Of a stretch of DNA of 51,414 nucleotides, positions 21,917 through 31,385 are shown one piece after another. Every line of letters starts with the position of its first letter. Within the stretch, counting starts at the first letter, position 1. The stretch spans positions 1 through 51,414 of the forward strand of contig JAILEX010000029.1 of NCBI GenBank assembly GCA_024687185.1, given 5' to 3'. The position numbers were made by a program, and so were the translations under genes. Source of the stretch: Bacilli bacterium (lineage in GTDB: Bacteria > Bacillota_I > Bacilli_A > RFN20 > CAG-826). The notes under the pieces are model-generated. The model had not been told where the DNA came from, made no database searches, and was given only the letters and a program-made list of their open reading frames with translations.

Positions 21917-23622
21917 AAAACACGTTAGAGAAAAAATCGCACAAATCCCTGTTCGCGTTCTTAGCGGTCGGGGTGGGTTTGCTAACGCTGACTAGCTGCA
22001 CCGCGAATTTCTGCTCCGACGAAGACCGCGCGCAAATGGCGTACCCCTATGATCAGGGCGTCACGGTCTATTGCACCGAAGCAGAATATAACAGCTATAA
22101 AGCGGACAATGCCGCCCTTGTCGAATATGAAGAAAGCATCGGCATCTCTGGCAAGGTTTTCGATTGCAACGATAACATCTATAAATACGTCCCATACCAA
22201 GTCAATGCGTATGGCATTTATGAATTTACCGGAGCCAAGACTACCTTCCTCCAGGGAACCGTTTTGAAAGCGGCCTATTCCGCCGGCTATCCCCTTCCCT
22301 CCCTCCAATATTGGGCGGAAATCGATAACCAGGTTTTGGAGGCCTGCGTCTATATGGCCTATCAAAGCGATCGTGGCCAAACCCCCACATTCGACGTCAC
22401 CGCGACCAACCAAGTCGCGCCCGATACCTTTAAGGAATCGCTTACCGCACATGAAGATAGCGAAACCGTCTGGTCCATCAGCGCCTTCACCAAAGCGGAT
22501 AGCGACACCGTCACCGAAGACTCCAAAATAATCAAGCATTCCGTCTTACGCCAATATGGCTATTTGAAGTTCACGGGCAAGGACAACAAACTCTGGGCCA
22601 ACCTCGACCAGTGGTATAAAAACGCCTATGCCAGCAATGAAGCGGGGCTAGGCATCGACGGTTGCCCAACCAGCGACTTCATGACCTATTACCAAACCCA
22701 GGTCAATAACAAAGTCGCGAATATCCGTTCTTGCATCGCCACGCGCACCGGCTCCTATGGCCACTATGGCTCGAATGCGAACTGGGAAGTCAACATCACC
22801 AAAAAGGACTGGGGCTATGCCTGGAGCAAAGGCTTCTTGGAAGGCTTGCTCGTCTATCCCGTCTCCTGGCTCGTCGATACCTTCGCCTTCAGCTTTGACT
22901 CTAGTTTAAGCGGCGTGGGTCAGATCTGGGCCCTAATCCTAGTCACCTTAATCGTTAGGGGACTATTGATGCTAGTCACCTTCCGCTCGACGATGTCGCA
23001 GCAAAAGATGACGGCCTTGCAGCCCGAACTCGCCAAATTGCAGGCGAAATACCCCAATTCCAACACCAATCAAGCCGAAAAGCAGAAGCTTGCGCAGGAA
23101 CAGATGGCGTTATATCGCAGGAACAAGATCCATCCGATGGGTCAAATCCTCGTTCTAATCATCCAGTTCCCCGTATTCATCTGCGTTTGGAGCGGCTTGC
23201 AGGGTGCGTCCACTTTGTCCACCGGCCAAGTTCTAAACCTCAGGTTGAGCGACAACATCAACACGATTTTGATGAATGTCTCCGGCACCTGGTATGCGAA
23301 TACGACCGGATGGTGGACCGCATTGGTTCTCTTCCTGTTGATGGCTGGCGTTCAGATCATGGCCATGGTCTTGCCTAGAATCATCCAGAAGAGAGCGCAG
23401 AAAAACGCTCCTAAACTAAGCGCGAACCCCGCGCAAACCGATCAGCAGAAGCAAATGAAGATGATGTCTATCGTCATGGTAGGCTTCACGATCGTCATGG
23501 GCTTCATGCTTCCCGCCGCTATGGGTGTCTATTGGTTGATATCCGGTCTTCTCTCCATGCTGCAGACCCTAATCACCCAACTCATCATCCGTAGAAGGGG
23601 CGCCAACAAAAAGACTCGATAA
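21913..23622 (+). CDS. yidC: Membrane protein insertase YidC with lipoprotein signal and long extracytoplasmic domain
   Basis: Lipobox LTSC; C-terminal Oxa1/YidC core (LQPEL, QEQMALY, LIIQFPVF, GVYW); TTG start overlaps rnpA. Confidence 0.9.
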   Translation: MKNTLEKKSHKSLFAFLAVGVGLLTLTSCTANFCSDEDRAQMAYPYDQGVTVYCTEAEYNSYKADNAALVEYEESIGISGKVFDCNDNIYKYVPYQVNAYGIYEFTGAKTTFLQGTVLKAAYSAGYPLPSLQYWAEIDNQVLEACVYMAYQSDRGQTPTFDVTATNQVAPDTFKESLTAHEDSETVWSISAFTKADSDTVTEDSKIIKHSVLRQYGYLKFTGKDNKLWANLDQWYKNAYASNEAGLGIDGCPTSDFMTYYQTQVNNKVANIRSCIATRTGSYGHYGSNANWEVNITKKDWGYAWSKGFLEGLLVYPVSWLVDTFAFSFDSSLSGVGQIWALILVTLIVRGLLMLVTFRSTMSQQKMTALQPELAKLQAKYPNSNTNQAEKQKLAQEQMALYRRNKIHPMGQILVLIIQFPVFICVWSGLQGASTLSTGQVLNLRLSDNINTILMNVSGTWYANTTGWWTALVLFLLMAGVQIMAMVLPRIIQKRAQKNAPKLSANPAQTDQQKQMKMMSIVMVGFTIVMGFMLPAAMGVYWLISGLLSMLQTLITQLIIRRRGANKKTR

Positions 23623-23638
23623 TCAAGGAAGTGCCAAT

Positions 23639-24241
23639 ATGAAAGAATTCACAGGAAAGACGGTGGAAGAGGCGGTTGCTAACGCCTGTTCCGAACTAGG
23701 CGTCGCGGAAAACCGCCTCGTCTACGAAGTCCTCGAAGAGAAGAAGGGCCTATTCAAAAAGGTCGCGCGTATCGTCATCTATGATATTACTGATGCGCGT
23801 GCGTATGCCGAGGAATATCTTAATAAGGTGTTTGAGGCGATGGGCTTAGACGTCGAGGTCAATAGCACCGTCGAAGACGACATCATCAAAGTCGTCCTCG
23901 AATCCGATCGTAACCCCATCCTCATCGGCAAAAACGGCAAGACCCTACAAAGCCTTAACGAAATCACCAAGCTCGCGGTTTCCAACAAATACCGCCATCG
24001 CTACCGCGTCTTGCTAGACGTTGGCGACTATAAGAGCGAGAAATACGAGAAATGCGTCCGCATCGCCATTCGCGTCGCCAAGGAAGTCAGAAGGACTAAG
24101 GTCGATGCCGAGCTCGATCCGATGACCCCCGACGAAAGAAGGATGGTCCATAACGCCCTCACCGATTTCCGTGGCGTTCGCACCGAATCGGAAGGCGAAG
24201 GACCCAATCGCAGGATCTTCATCCGCTACGTAAACGATTAA
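23639..24241 (+). CDS. jag: RNA-binding protein Jag/EloR/KhpB (Jag_N-KH-R3H)
   Basis: FTGKTVEEA, LIGKNGKTL (KH), ERRMVH (R3H). Confidence 0.93.
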   Translation: MKEFTGKTVEEAVANACSELGVAENRLVYEVLEEKKGLFKKVARIVIYDITDARAYAEEYLNKVFEAMGLDVEVNSTVEDDIIKVVLESDRNPILIGKNGKTLQSLNEITKLAVSNKYRHRYRVLLDVGDYKSEKYEKCVRIAIRVAKEVRRTKVDAELDPMTPDERRMVHNALTDFRGVRTESEGEGPNRRIFIRYVND

Positions 24242-24244
24242 TCA

Positions 24245-24288
24245 AAACCCTTCTTTTCTAGATACCTATCTGGGACGGAAGGGTTTTT
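24245..24288 (+). terminator. Terminator-like hairpin between jag and mnmE
   Basis: AAACCCTTC...GAAGGGTTT stem followed by T-run. Confidence 0.6.
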
Positions 24289-24311
24289 CTCTCAATAAGG
24301 AATAAGAACAA

Positions 24312-25637
24312 ATGGATCCAATCATCGCCCTGGCCACACCGCCTCTAAAAAGCGCTTTGGCTCTCCTGAGGTTATCGGGAGAGGGCGTTTTCGATGCGGT
24401 CTCCAAAAGCCTAGACATGGATCTAGAAACGTTTTTGAAACGTAAAATACAAGTCGGCTACCTCAAACATAAAGGCCAAATCATCGACCAGGTCGTCTGT
24501 TTTATCTATGTCGCCCCCAATTCCTTTACGGGCGAAGATAGCGTGGAAATCACTTGCCACGGCTCCATGGTCATCGCAAAGGAGATACTCTCCCATTTCT
24601 ATTCGTTAGGAATTAGGCAAGCCGAAAGAGGCGAGTTCTCCGCAAGGGCTTTCTATAACGGCAAGCTCGATTTGATTGAGGCTGAGGCCGTCAATGATTT
24701 GATCAACGCCTCAACCATAGAAAGCAAAAACGTTGCCATGCTCTCCTTAAAAGGCGAGACCAGTAGCCTTCTTTATCCCGTTTTGAAGCAAATAGATGAG
24801 ATGCTTGCCTTAATCGAAGTGAATATCGATTACCCCGAATACACCGATATAGAGGAAGTAAACCTCTCTAAGATCGCGAAGAATTGCGAATCCTTGAGGG
24901 AGGATATCCTTTCCCTAATCAAGGAAGGGAACGAAGGGAAAATCGTTCGCGAAGGCATCAAAGTCGCCATCGTAGGCGAGCCAAACGTTGGCAAAAGCTC
25001 TTTGTTAAATGCCTTAGTGGAAGAAGAAAAAGCCATTGTATCCTCTATTCCAGGCACCACTAGGGATATCGTGGAAGGCGATATTTCCGTTAAGGGCATC
25101 CCTTTGCATCTACTAGATACCGCCGGGATTAGGGAATCGAAGGATTACGTGGAAAACCTAGGCATCGAAAGAAGTAGGGACGCGATTAAAAACGCCGACC
25201 TCGTTTTGCTGATCCTTGATTCTAACGAGGAAGAAAAGGGATCGGACCTAATCGAATTATGCGAAGGCAAAGAATGCATCCGCGTATATAACAAAGCCGA
25301 TTTGCTAAGCGAGGAAAAGAAAAAGGATGGCCGCATCTATATTTCCGCTACCAATAAGGATATAGGCGAACTAAAGGAAGCCATCTATCAAAAACTAGGC
25401 CTATCCGATAAAGCCTTCCATGCGCCTAGCTTCTCTAACGCCAGGGAACTTGCTTTGTTGGAAAAGATCGCCGATTCCCTTTTTGAAGCAAAGAACATGT
25501 GCGAAGCAAACCTTACTAGCGACCTCATCTCCTCTTGCTTACAGGAAGCAAGGCTATATGGCAACGAGATCATAGGCAAGGAAGCGTCCTTGGATTTAAG
25601 CGAGGAGATCTTCTCTCGTTTCTGCGTGGGTAAATAA
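24312..25637 (+). CDS. mnmE: tRNA modification GTPase MnmE/TrmE
   Basis: SFTGED, GEPNVGKSS, GTTRD, DTAG, NKAD and C-terminal FCVGK. Confidence 0.97.
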   Translation: MDPIIALATPPLKSALALLRLSGEGVFDAVSKSLDMDLETFLKRKIQVGYLKHKGQIIDQVVCFIYVAPNSFTGEDSVEITCHGSMVIAKEILSHFYSLGIRQAERGEFSARAFYNGKLDLIEAEAVNDLINASTIESKNVAMLSLKGETSSLLYPVLKQIDEMLALIEVNIDYPEYTDIEEVNLSKIAKNCESLREDILSLIKEGNEGKIVREGIKVAIVGEPNVGKSSLLNALVEEEKAIVSSIPGTTRDIVEGDISVKGIPLHLLDTAGIRESKDYVENLGIERSRDAIKNADLVLLILDSNEEEKGSDLIELCEGKECIRVYNKADLLSEEKKKDGRIYISATNKDIGELKEAIYQKLGLSDKAFHAPSFSNARELALLEKIADSLFEAKNMCEANLTSDLISSCLQEARLYGNEIIGKEASLDLSEEIFSRFCVGK

Positions 25638-26423
25638 ATGGACTATCTAGATTCGCATTGCCATCTTAACGACGAAGCCTTTAAGGATGATGTAGACGAA
25701 GTTATCCAAAAGGCTCTCGTTGCCGGCGTCAAACGCTTTTTGGTCATCGGATATGACGTTGAATCCAGTAAAAAAGCCGTGGAGATCGCATCTAGATATG
25801 ATGGCGTCTATGCCGCGGTCGGCATTCATCCCGAGAACATCCCGGGAACGGCCTTTTACGTACTAGATGAAATCGAGGCCTTGGCTAAATCCAACAAGGT
25901 CATCGCAATAGGCGAAATCGGCCTAGACTATTATTGGTATAAGGACGAAGAGCATCGCCAAAAGCAGAAGGAATGGTTTGTTCGCCAGATTGAATTAGCC
26001 AATCGCCTTGGGCTGCCCGCATCGATCCACGCGAGGGAATGTAGCGGGGACATGTATCAATTATTGAAGGAAAGCCCCATTGAAAACAAAGCGGTTTTAC
26101 ATTGCTATTCCGGGTCGAAGGAGATGTTGGTTGAGTTTGCCAAACTCGGTTACTATTTCGGTTTTGACGGACCCATCACCTTTAAAAACGCCATCGAGCC
26201 AAAGGAATGCGTCAAGGTTTGTCCGATAGATAGAATCCTCACCGAAACCGATTGCCCCTATATGGCCCCGGTACCCTTTAGGGGGAAAAGAAACGACCCA
26301 TCTTTGATCCCCTATATCGCGGATTATGCCGCGGAATTAAAGGGGCTATCGAAAGAAGAGTTCAAAAAGGCTGTTTGGGACAACTTCGACAGATTGTTCC
26401 ATATGAAACATGAGCAAGATTAA
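25638..26423 (+). CDS. tatD: TatD family hydrolase/DNase
   Basis: DSHCH, GIHP, GEIGLDYY, HCYSG and ETDCPY motifs. Confidence 0.95.
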   Translation: MDYLDSHCHLNDEAFKDDVDEVIQKALVAGVKRFLVIGYDVESSKKAVEIASRYDGVYAAVGIHPENIPGTAFYVLDEIEALAKSNKVIAIGEIGLDYYWYKDEEHRQKQKEWFVRQIELANRLGLPASIHARECSGDMYQLLKESPIENKAVLHCYSGSKEMLVEFAKLGYYFGFDGPITFKNAIEPKECVKVCPIDRILTETDCPYMAPVPFRGKRNDPSLIPYIADYAAELKGLSKEEFKKAVWDNFDRLFHMKHEQD

Positions 26424-26952
26424 CTACCCTGCGATAATAGTTGTTGAAGGCACTTCCGATAAGACTTTATTGGAGGGTTTTATCGATGCTGAAATCATTA
26501 CTACCAATGGGTCGGATGTTCCATATGAAACATTGCAGTTTTTGAAAGAAGCCCGTAAGGGCTCTGAGATAGTGGTCCTAACCGATCCCGATAGTCCTGG
26601 TAAAAGGATAAGGGATGTTCTTGATGCTGAAATCGAAGGGCTACACCACGCGTTTATTCCAAAGAGAAAAGCCATAAAGAAAAACAAGGTAGGCGTGGCG
26701 GAAAGCGACAAAGAAACCATATTGGAAGCCTTGACGGCAATAGACCTATCTCCTATTTCCAAACCCCAAGGCAATATCTCCTATGCGGATTTATTGGAAC
26801 TAGGTTTAGTGGGGGAAGCGAATTCTTCCATAAAAAGAGAAAAGATAGGCGAAATTCTCCATGTGGGCCACACAAACGGGAAAACGCTTCTTAAAAGGCT
26901 TAATATGTTGGGGATCACGTTAGAAGAACTAAAAAAGGCGGTCGAAGAATGA
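26410..26952 (+). CDS. rnmV: Ribonuclease M5 (Toprim)
   Basis: IVVEG, LTDPDSPG, KVGVAE, LLKRLN; lies between tatD and rsmA. Confidence 0.92.
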   Translation: MSKINYPAIIVVEGTSDKTLLEGFIDAEIITTNGSDVPYETLQFLKEARKGSEIVVLTDPDSPGKRIRDVLDAEIEGLHHAFIPKRKAIKKNKVGVAESDKETILEALTAIDLSPISKPQGNISYADLLELGLVGEANSSIKREKIGEILHVGHTNGKTLLKRLNMLGITLEELKKAVEE

Positions 26953-27764
26953 GGGAAGAAGAATACTTCGAACATATCCAAGAATATGGAATGCTTGCCA
27001 AAAAGGAAGTAGGCCAGAATTTCCTCATCAATCTAGACGCCTGCAAAAGGATTGTTGGAGCTCTAGAGGCAGAAGAAGGGGATAAGGTTTTGGAAATCGG
27101 TGTTGGCGCAGGCTCATTAACCTATTTCCTATCCCTACTGCCTAACGATATCGAGGGCATTGATATCGATGAGGCCATGGTCACCAAGCTTCAAAACGAT
27201 TTCAAGGAAAACGCCAACGTGAATGTCCATATGGGCAATGCGATGCGTTATGAATATAAAGGATACCAAAGGATCATCGGTAACCTTCCCTATTACGTGA
27301 CCTCGGGGATCTTGGAAAAGGTCTTGCTTGGGGCAAACGATTGTAAGAAGGCGGTATTCATGGTCCAACAAGAGGCCGCGAATAGGTTTTTGTCGAAACC
27401 CGGAAGCAAGGATTATGGGCCATTACCCATCTTGATGGCGTTATCTGGGAAGGCAAAAAAGCTATTCAACGTCGGAAGGAATAGCTTCATTCCAATCCCA
27501 AACGTCGATTCAAGCGTTTTCCAGATCGAGTTCGACGATAATAGAGGTGATTTGTCTTTCCTTTATTACCTATGCAACCAACTTTTTTTGAACAGGAGAA
27601 AGACCATATTCAACAATCTTAAAAACGTAACCAAAAATGCGGAATTTGCGCAGAATTTACTTGAAAATGCAGGGATTTTGCCTACTCTTAGACCTGAGCA
27701 AATCAACCCCCAAACTTACCTACTATTATCTAAGAATCAAAAACTAGTACAATTAAGAAAATAG
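26949..27764 (+). CDS. rsmA: 16S rRNA dimethyladenosine transferase KsgA/RsmA
   Basis: GQNFL, VLEIGVGAG, GNLPYY and RRKT motifs. Confidence 0.95.
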   Translation: MREEEYFEHIQEYGMLAKKEVGQNFLINLDACKRIVGALEAEEGDKVLEIGVGAGSLTYFLSLLPNDIEGIDIDEAMVTKLQNDFKENANVNVHMGNAMRYEYKGYQRIIGNLPYYVTSGILEKVLLGANDCKKAVFMVQQEAANRFLSKPGSKDYGPLPILMALSGKAKKLFNVGRNSFIPIPNVDSSVFQIEFDDNRGDLSFLYYLCNQLFLNRRKTIFNNLKNVTKNAEFAQNLLENAGILPTLRPEQINPQTYLLLSKNQKLVQLRK

Positions 27765-27772
27765 GATTTCGT

Positions 27773-28624
27773 ATGAATCTAAAAGCCCACGCCAAGATCA
27801 ATCTTTCCCTTCGGGTGCTCGGAAAGAAAGACAACGGTTACCATGACCTTGAGATGGTTAACCTACCAGTAGAACTCCACGATGCAATCGACTGCACCTT
27901 TTTGCCTTATTCCTCCAATGACACCTTTATTACCTGCAACGATTTAAGGCTTCATGCGGGCAGGGCCAATCTTTGCCATAAGGCGGTCGATGCGATGCGT
28001 CAGGTATACGGCTTTACCAAGAACTTCAGAATTGATATCTATAAGGAAATCCCCTTTTCCGCAGGGTTAGGCGGAGGGAGTTCCGATGCCGCGGCAACCT
28101 TAATCGCGGTCAACAAGATGCTCAAACTAGGCGCAACCCTAGATCAACTAAAGGAAATTGGTCTAAAGGTTGGAAGCGACGTGCCTTTCTTTTTGGAGAA
28201 TAGGCCCTGCATCGTTAGGGGAATCGGCGAAAAGCTAGAACCCATTACCGTGAAGGACCAATACGAATGCCTTATCGTTAAGCCAAAGGACGGCTTAAGC
28301 ACCGAGACCGTTTATAAGACATGCGATTCCTTTGATAGGCTGCCTATCGATACCCAAGGCGTGGTCGAGGGTTTAAGAAATGGCGACGAAGAAAGAATCG
28401 CGAACTCTTTAGGCAACGATTTGATGCCACCCGCGGCAAGCCTAGTGCCCGAAGTCAAAAAGGTTTATGAAATCCTAAAAGCCCAGGGCTTCCTAATAGC
28501 CTCTATGTCTGGATCTGGAACATCCGTTTTCGCGCTGACGAAGAGTGCGAAGAAGGCAAAAGAGGTCTACCACAAACTAGAAAAGACCGACTACACGGTT
28601 ATCCTTACCAGGACGCTTAGGTAA
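27773..28624 (+). CDS. ispE: 4-diphosphocytidyl-2-C-methyl-D-erythritol kinase
   Basis: AKINL, GYH, AGLGGGSSDAA, GSDVPF and MSGSG motifs. Confidence 0.95.
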   Translation: MNLKAHAKINLSLRVLGKKDNGYHDLEMVNLPVELHDAIDCTFLPYSSNDTFITCNDLRLHAGRANLCHKAVDAMRQVYGFTKNFRIDIYKEIPFSAGLGGGSSDAAATLIAVNKMLKLGATLDQLKEIGLKVGSDVPFFLENRPCIVRGIGEKLEPITVKDQYECLIVKPKDGLSTETVYKTCDSFDRLPIDTQGVVEGLRNGDEERIANSLGNDLMPPAASLVPEVKKVYEILKAQGFLIASMSGSGTSVFALTKSAKKAKEVYHKLEKTDYTVILTRTLR

Positions 28625-28659
28625 AGGGTAACCCCTTTTTATTAGATAAGGAGAAACAT

Positions 28660-30054
28660 ATGGGACGTTACGCAATCATCATGGCTGCCGGAAAAGGCAC
28701 GAGAATGAAGTCATCTAGGGAAGATATTTCCAAAGTCTCCTTCCCGATTTTAGGCAAACCCATGGTGGGTTATGTTTTGGATGCCTTGAAAGGACTTAAC
28801 CTCGACCGCATCGTCACCATCGTCGGGTTTGGTGGGGAAATGACCAAATCCATCGTCGAAAAGGATTCTGAAGTCGTTTGGCAAAAGGAACAAAAAGGCA
28901 CGGGCCATGCCGTTATGATGGCTAGCGATATCCTTTCTGAAGAAGAGGGTGAAACCATTATCTGCTGCGGCGATACCCCTTTGCTTACCGGCAAAACCCT
29001 ATCAGCCCTTTTATCTAGCCACGAAACAAACCATAACGACCTCACCTTAATGACTGCCATCTTCGAAGATCCCCATGGCTATGGAAGGATTGTAAAGAAG
29101 AACGGAAGGGTCGTTAAGATAGTCGAGCAGAAGGATTGCTCCATCGAAGAAGACACGATACATGAAGTCAACGCGGGCGTATATGTCTTCAATAACAAAG
29201 AGCTATTCAAAGATCTAAAGAGGCTGACCCCGAATAACGCCGCCGGCGAATATTATCTGACGGATGTTATCTCCATGTTTGTCAAAGACGGGAAAAAGGT
29301 CGATTCCTTTGCGGTAAGCGATGCAAAGGAAACGATGGGTGTCAATGACCGCTACAACCTATCCAAAGCCGAAAAGATCATCCGTCATAGAATCAACAAA
29401 AAGTGGATGCTTGCCGGCGTTTCAATGGATGACCCCGACACAACTTACATCGGACCAGACGTTAAGCTTAGCCAAGATTGCGTCATTAGACCCAACACCA
29501 TGATTCTAGGTAACTCTAGATTAGGGAAGGGTAACGTCGTTGGGCCCAATTCCTATCTAGAAAACGTAGAGGTAGGAGAAAATAACGTCATCGAATATAG
29601 CCATATCACCGATTCCTCTATCGGTAACGGCAATAACCTTGGTCCATTTCTAAGGGTGAGGCAAAACTGCGTCATCGAAAACAATATCCACCTTGGCAAC
29701 TTCAACGAACTCAAAAACGTTACCATCAAAGACGATACCTGGTGCATGCACCTTTCTTATCTAGGCGATGCCGATATCGGCAAAAACGTAAATATCGGTT
29801 GCGGAAGCATCATCGCCAATTACGATGGCGTGAATAAGACCCATTCCTCTATTGGCGACAACGCCTTCATCGGAAGCGGAACGATTTTGATCTCCCCAAT
29901 CACCGTTGGAGAATCCAGCTTCACCGGCGCGGGAAGCGTGATCAACAAAGACGTCTCTTCTCATGATTTCGCAATCGCAAGGGCCAGACAAGAAAACAAA
30001 GAAGGCTATGCCGACACGTTAAAAGAAAAGGCCTTAAAGAAGGCAAGCAAATAA
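28660..30054 (+). CDS. glmU: Bifunctional UDP-GlcNAc pyrophosphorylase/glucosamine-1-phosphate acetyltransferase
   Basis: AAGKGTRMKS, GTGHAV, EYYLTD, hexapeptide repeats, HLSYLGD, NYDG. Confidence 0.96.
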   Translation: MGRYAIIMAAGKGTRMKSSREDISKVSFPILGKPMVGYVLDALKGLNLDRIVTIVGFGGEMTKSIVEKDSEVVWQKEQKGTGHAVMMASDILSEEEGETIICCGDTPLLTGKTLSALLSSHETNHNDLTLMTAIFEDPHGYGRIVKKNGRVVKIVEQKDCSIEEDTIHEVNAGVYVFNNKELFKDLKRLTPNNAAGEYYLTDVISMFVKDGKKVDSFAVSDAKETMGVNDRYNLSKAEKIIRHRINKKWMLAGVSMDDPDTTYIGPDVKLSQDCVIRPNTMILGNSRLGKGNVVGPNSYLENVEVGENNVIEYSHITDSSIGNGNNLGPFLRVRQNCVIENNIHLGNFNELKNVTIKDDTWCMHLSYLGDADIGKNVNIGCGSIIANYDGVNKTHSSIGDNAFIGSGTILISPITVGESSFTGAGSVINKDVSSHDFAIARARQENKEGYADTLKEKALKKASK

Positions 30055-30197
30055 AAATCAGCGACATTTAAATGAACGGGGTTTGGGCCATAAAAAGCGC
30101 AAATCCCTAATTTTTATCTCGTTTTATCACCCGATAAGGCTCGTTCAAAACAAGACGCAGATGGCTTCCATGTATTGCCAATGATAAAATTGGTTTA

Positions 30198-31274
30198 ATG
30201 AATATTCTTGCTTACACAAAGGCGAACAAGAAGACTTTCGAGGAAGAGGCGATCAACGCGGTTGATTACCTGATTCTTTCTTGGGTCAGTTATTTTGATT
30301 TCGCCTCAGTGGCAAACGAGCTTCCGATTAGCCTAGAGGAACTAGGCAAGAAAGACCTCTTTGTAAAGACCTCCAAGCCTTATCAAGAATGTTTCGAGCC
30401 CCTAAAAACCCGTTCCTTGACCAGGGCGCTAGGACTATCCCCAAGATTCAAAGACATTCAAATCATCGCCACCAAAGCGATTTATAACGATAACGGTACG
30501 ATGCTATTTGCCGCAGTCGCGCTTAAAGTCAATGATTTCGTGGTCATCTCCTATAAAGGGACCGGGTATAGCTATCAAGGATGGAAAGAGGATTTCATGC
30601 TTTCCTATCGACCCGAAATCGAATCGCATAAGGCCTCAAGGGAATTCTTTGCGGAAGTCGCTTCCAAAACCGAAGGCGACATCTATTTAATCGGGCATTC
30701 AAAAGGCGGTAACCTAGCGGTCAACACCCTTTTTACGGTCCCTGACCCCTCTAGAATCAAGGGCGCCTATTCTTATGATGGTCCAGGATTAGGAAGGTTT
30801 CCTTCAAGCATGGACCTTTCTTTGAAGGAAAGGGTTCATAAATACATTCCCCAATCTAGCATCGTAGGCCTTTTATTCGAAAGCGAATTCGAATCCAAGA
30901 TCGTAAAAAGCAATATGTTCTTCGTCTTCCAGCATAATCTCTTCACCTGGGAGATTAGGAACAAGGACTTCGTCTATTTAAGCAAACGTTCCGCCTATAC
31001 CGATAACCTCGTGGAATCGTTAAAAGCCTGGATCGATTCGTTAAACAAAGAGGACAAAGAGAAGTTCACTTTCCTCGTCTTTGGGGCGTTAGAAGGACTA
31101 AAGGCAACCGACTTCAACCAGTTTGGGAAAACCTGGCTTTTTCAGGTGGCGCCGTTATTACGTTCCTATAACAAGATGAGCAAGGAAGACAAAGCCCTAA
31201 TCGACCGCGTACTAAAAAGTCTTGGGAAGCATATCAACCAGCCCAAGAGGAAAAAATTACCAAAGCCAAAATAG
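30198..31274 (+). CDS. DUF2974/Mbeg1-like alpha/beta hydrolase (lipase-like)
   Basis: YKGT...GWKEDF, GHSKGG nucleophile, DGPG, PQSSIVG, QH..FTW. Confidence 0.85.
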   Translation: MNILAYTKANKKTFEEEAINAVDYLILSWVSYFDFASVANELPISLEELGKKDLFVKTSKPYQECFEPLKTRSLTRALGLSPRFKDIQIIATKAIYNDNGTMLFAAVALKVNDFVVISYKGTGYSYQGWKEDFMLSYRPEIESHKASREFFAEVASKTEGDIYLIGHSKGGNLAVNTLFTVPDPSRIKGAYSYDGPGLGRFPSSMDLSLKERVHKYIPQSSIVGLLFESEFESKIVKSNMFFVFQHNLFTWEIRNKDFVYLSKRSAYTDNLVESLKAWIDSLNKEDKEKFTFLVFGALEGLKATDFNQFGKTWLFQVAPLLRSYNKMSKEDKALIDRVLKSLGKHINQPKRKKLPKPK

Positions 31275-31385
31275 ACGATATCGAGGTTTTTCCCGAGTTT
31301 AAGCAACCTAGGCAATTAGGGGTCTATCTTTTATCTATCTATGGTATGATTTTTCGGCTTTCCTTTTTTGGGAAAAAGGACTCAT

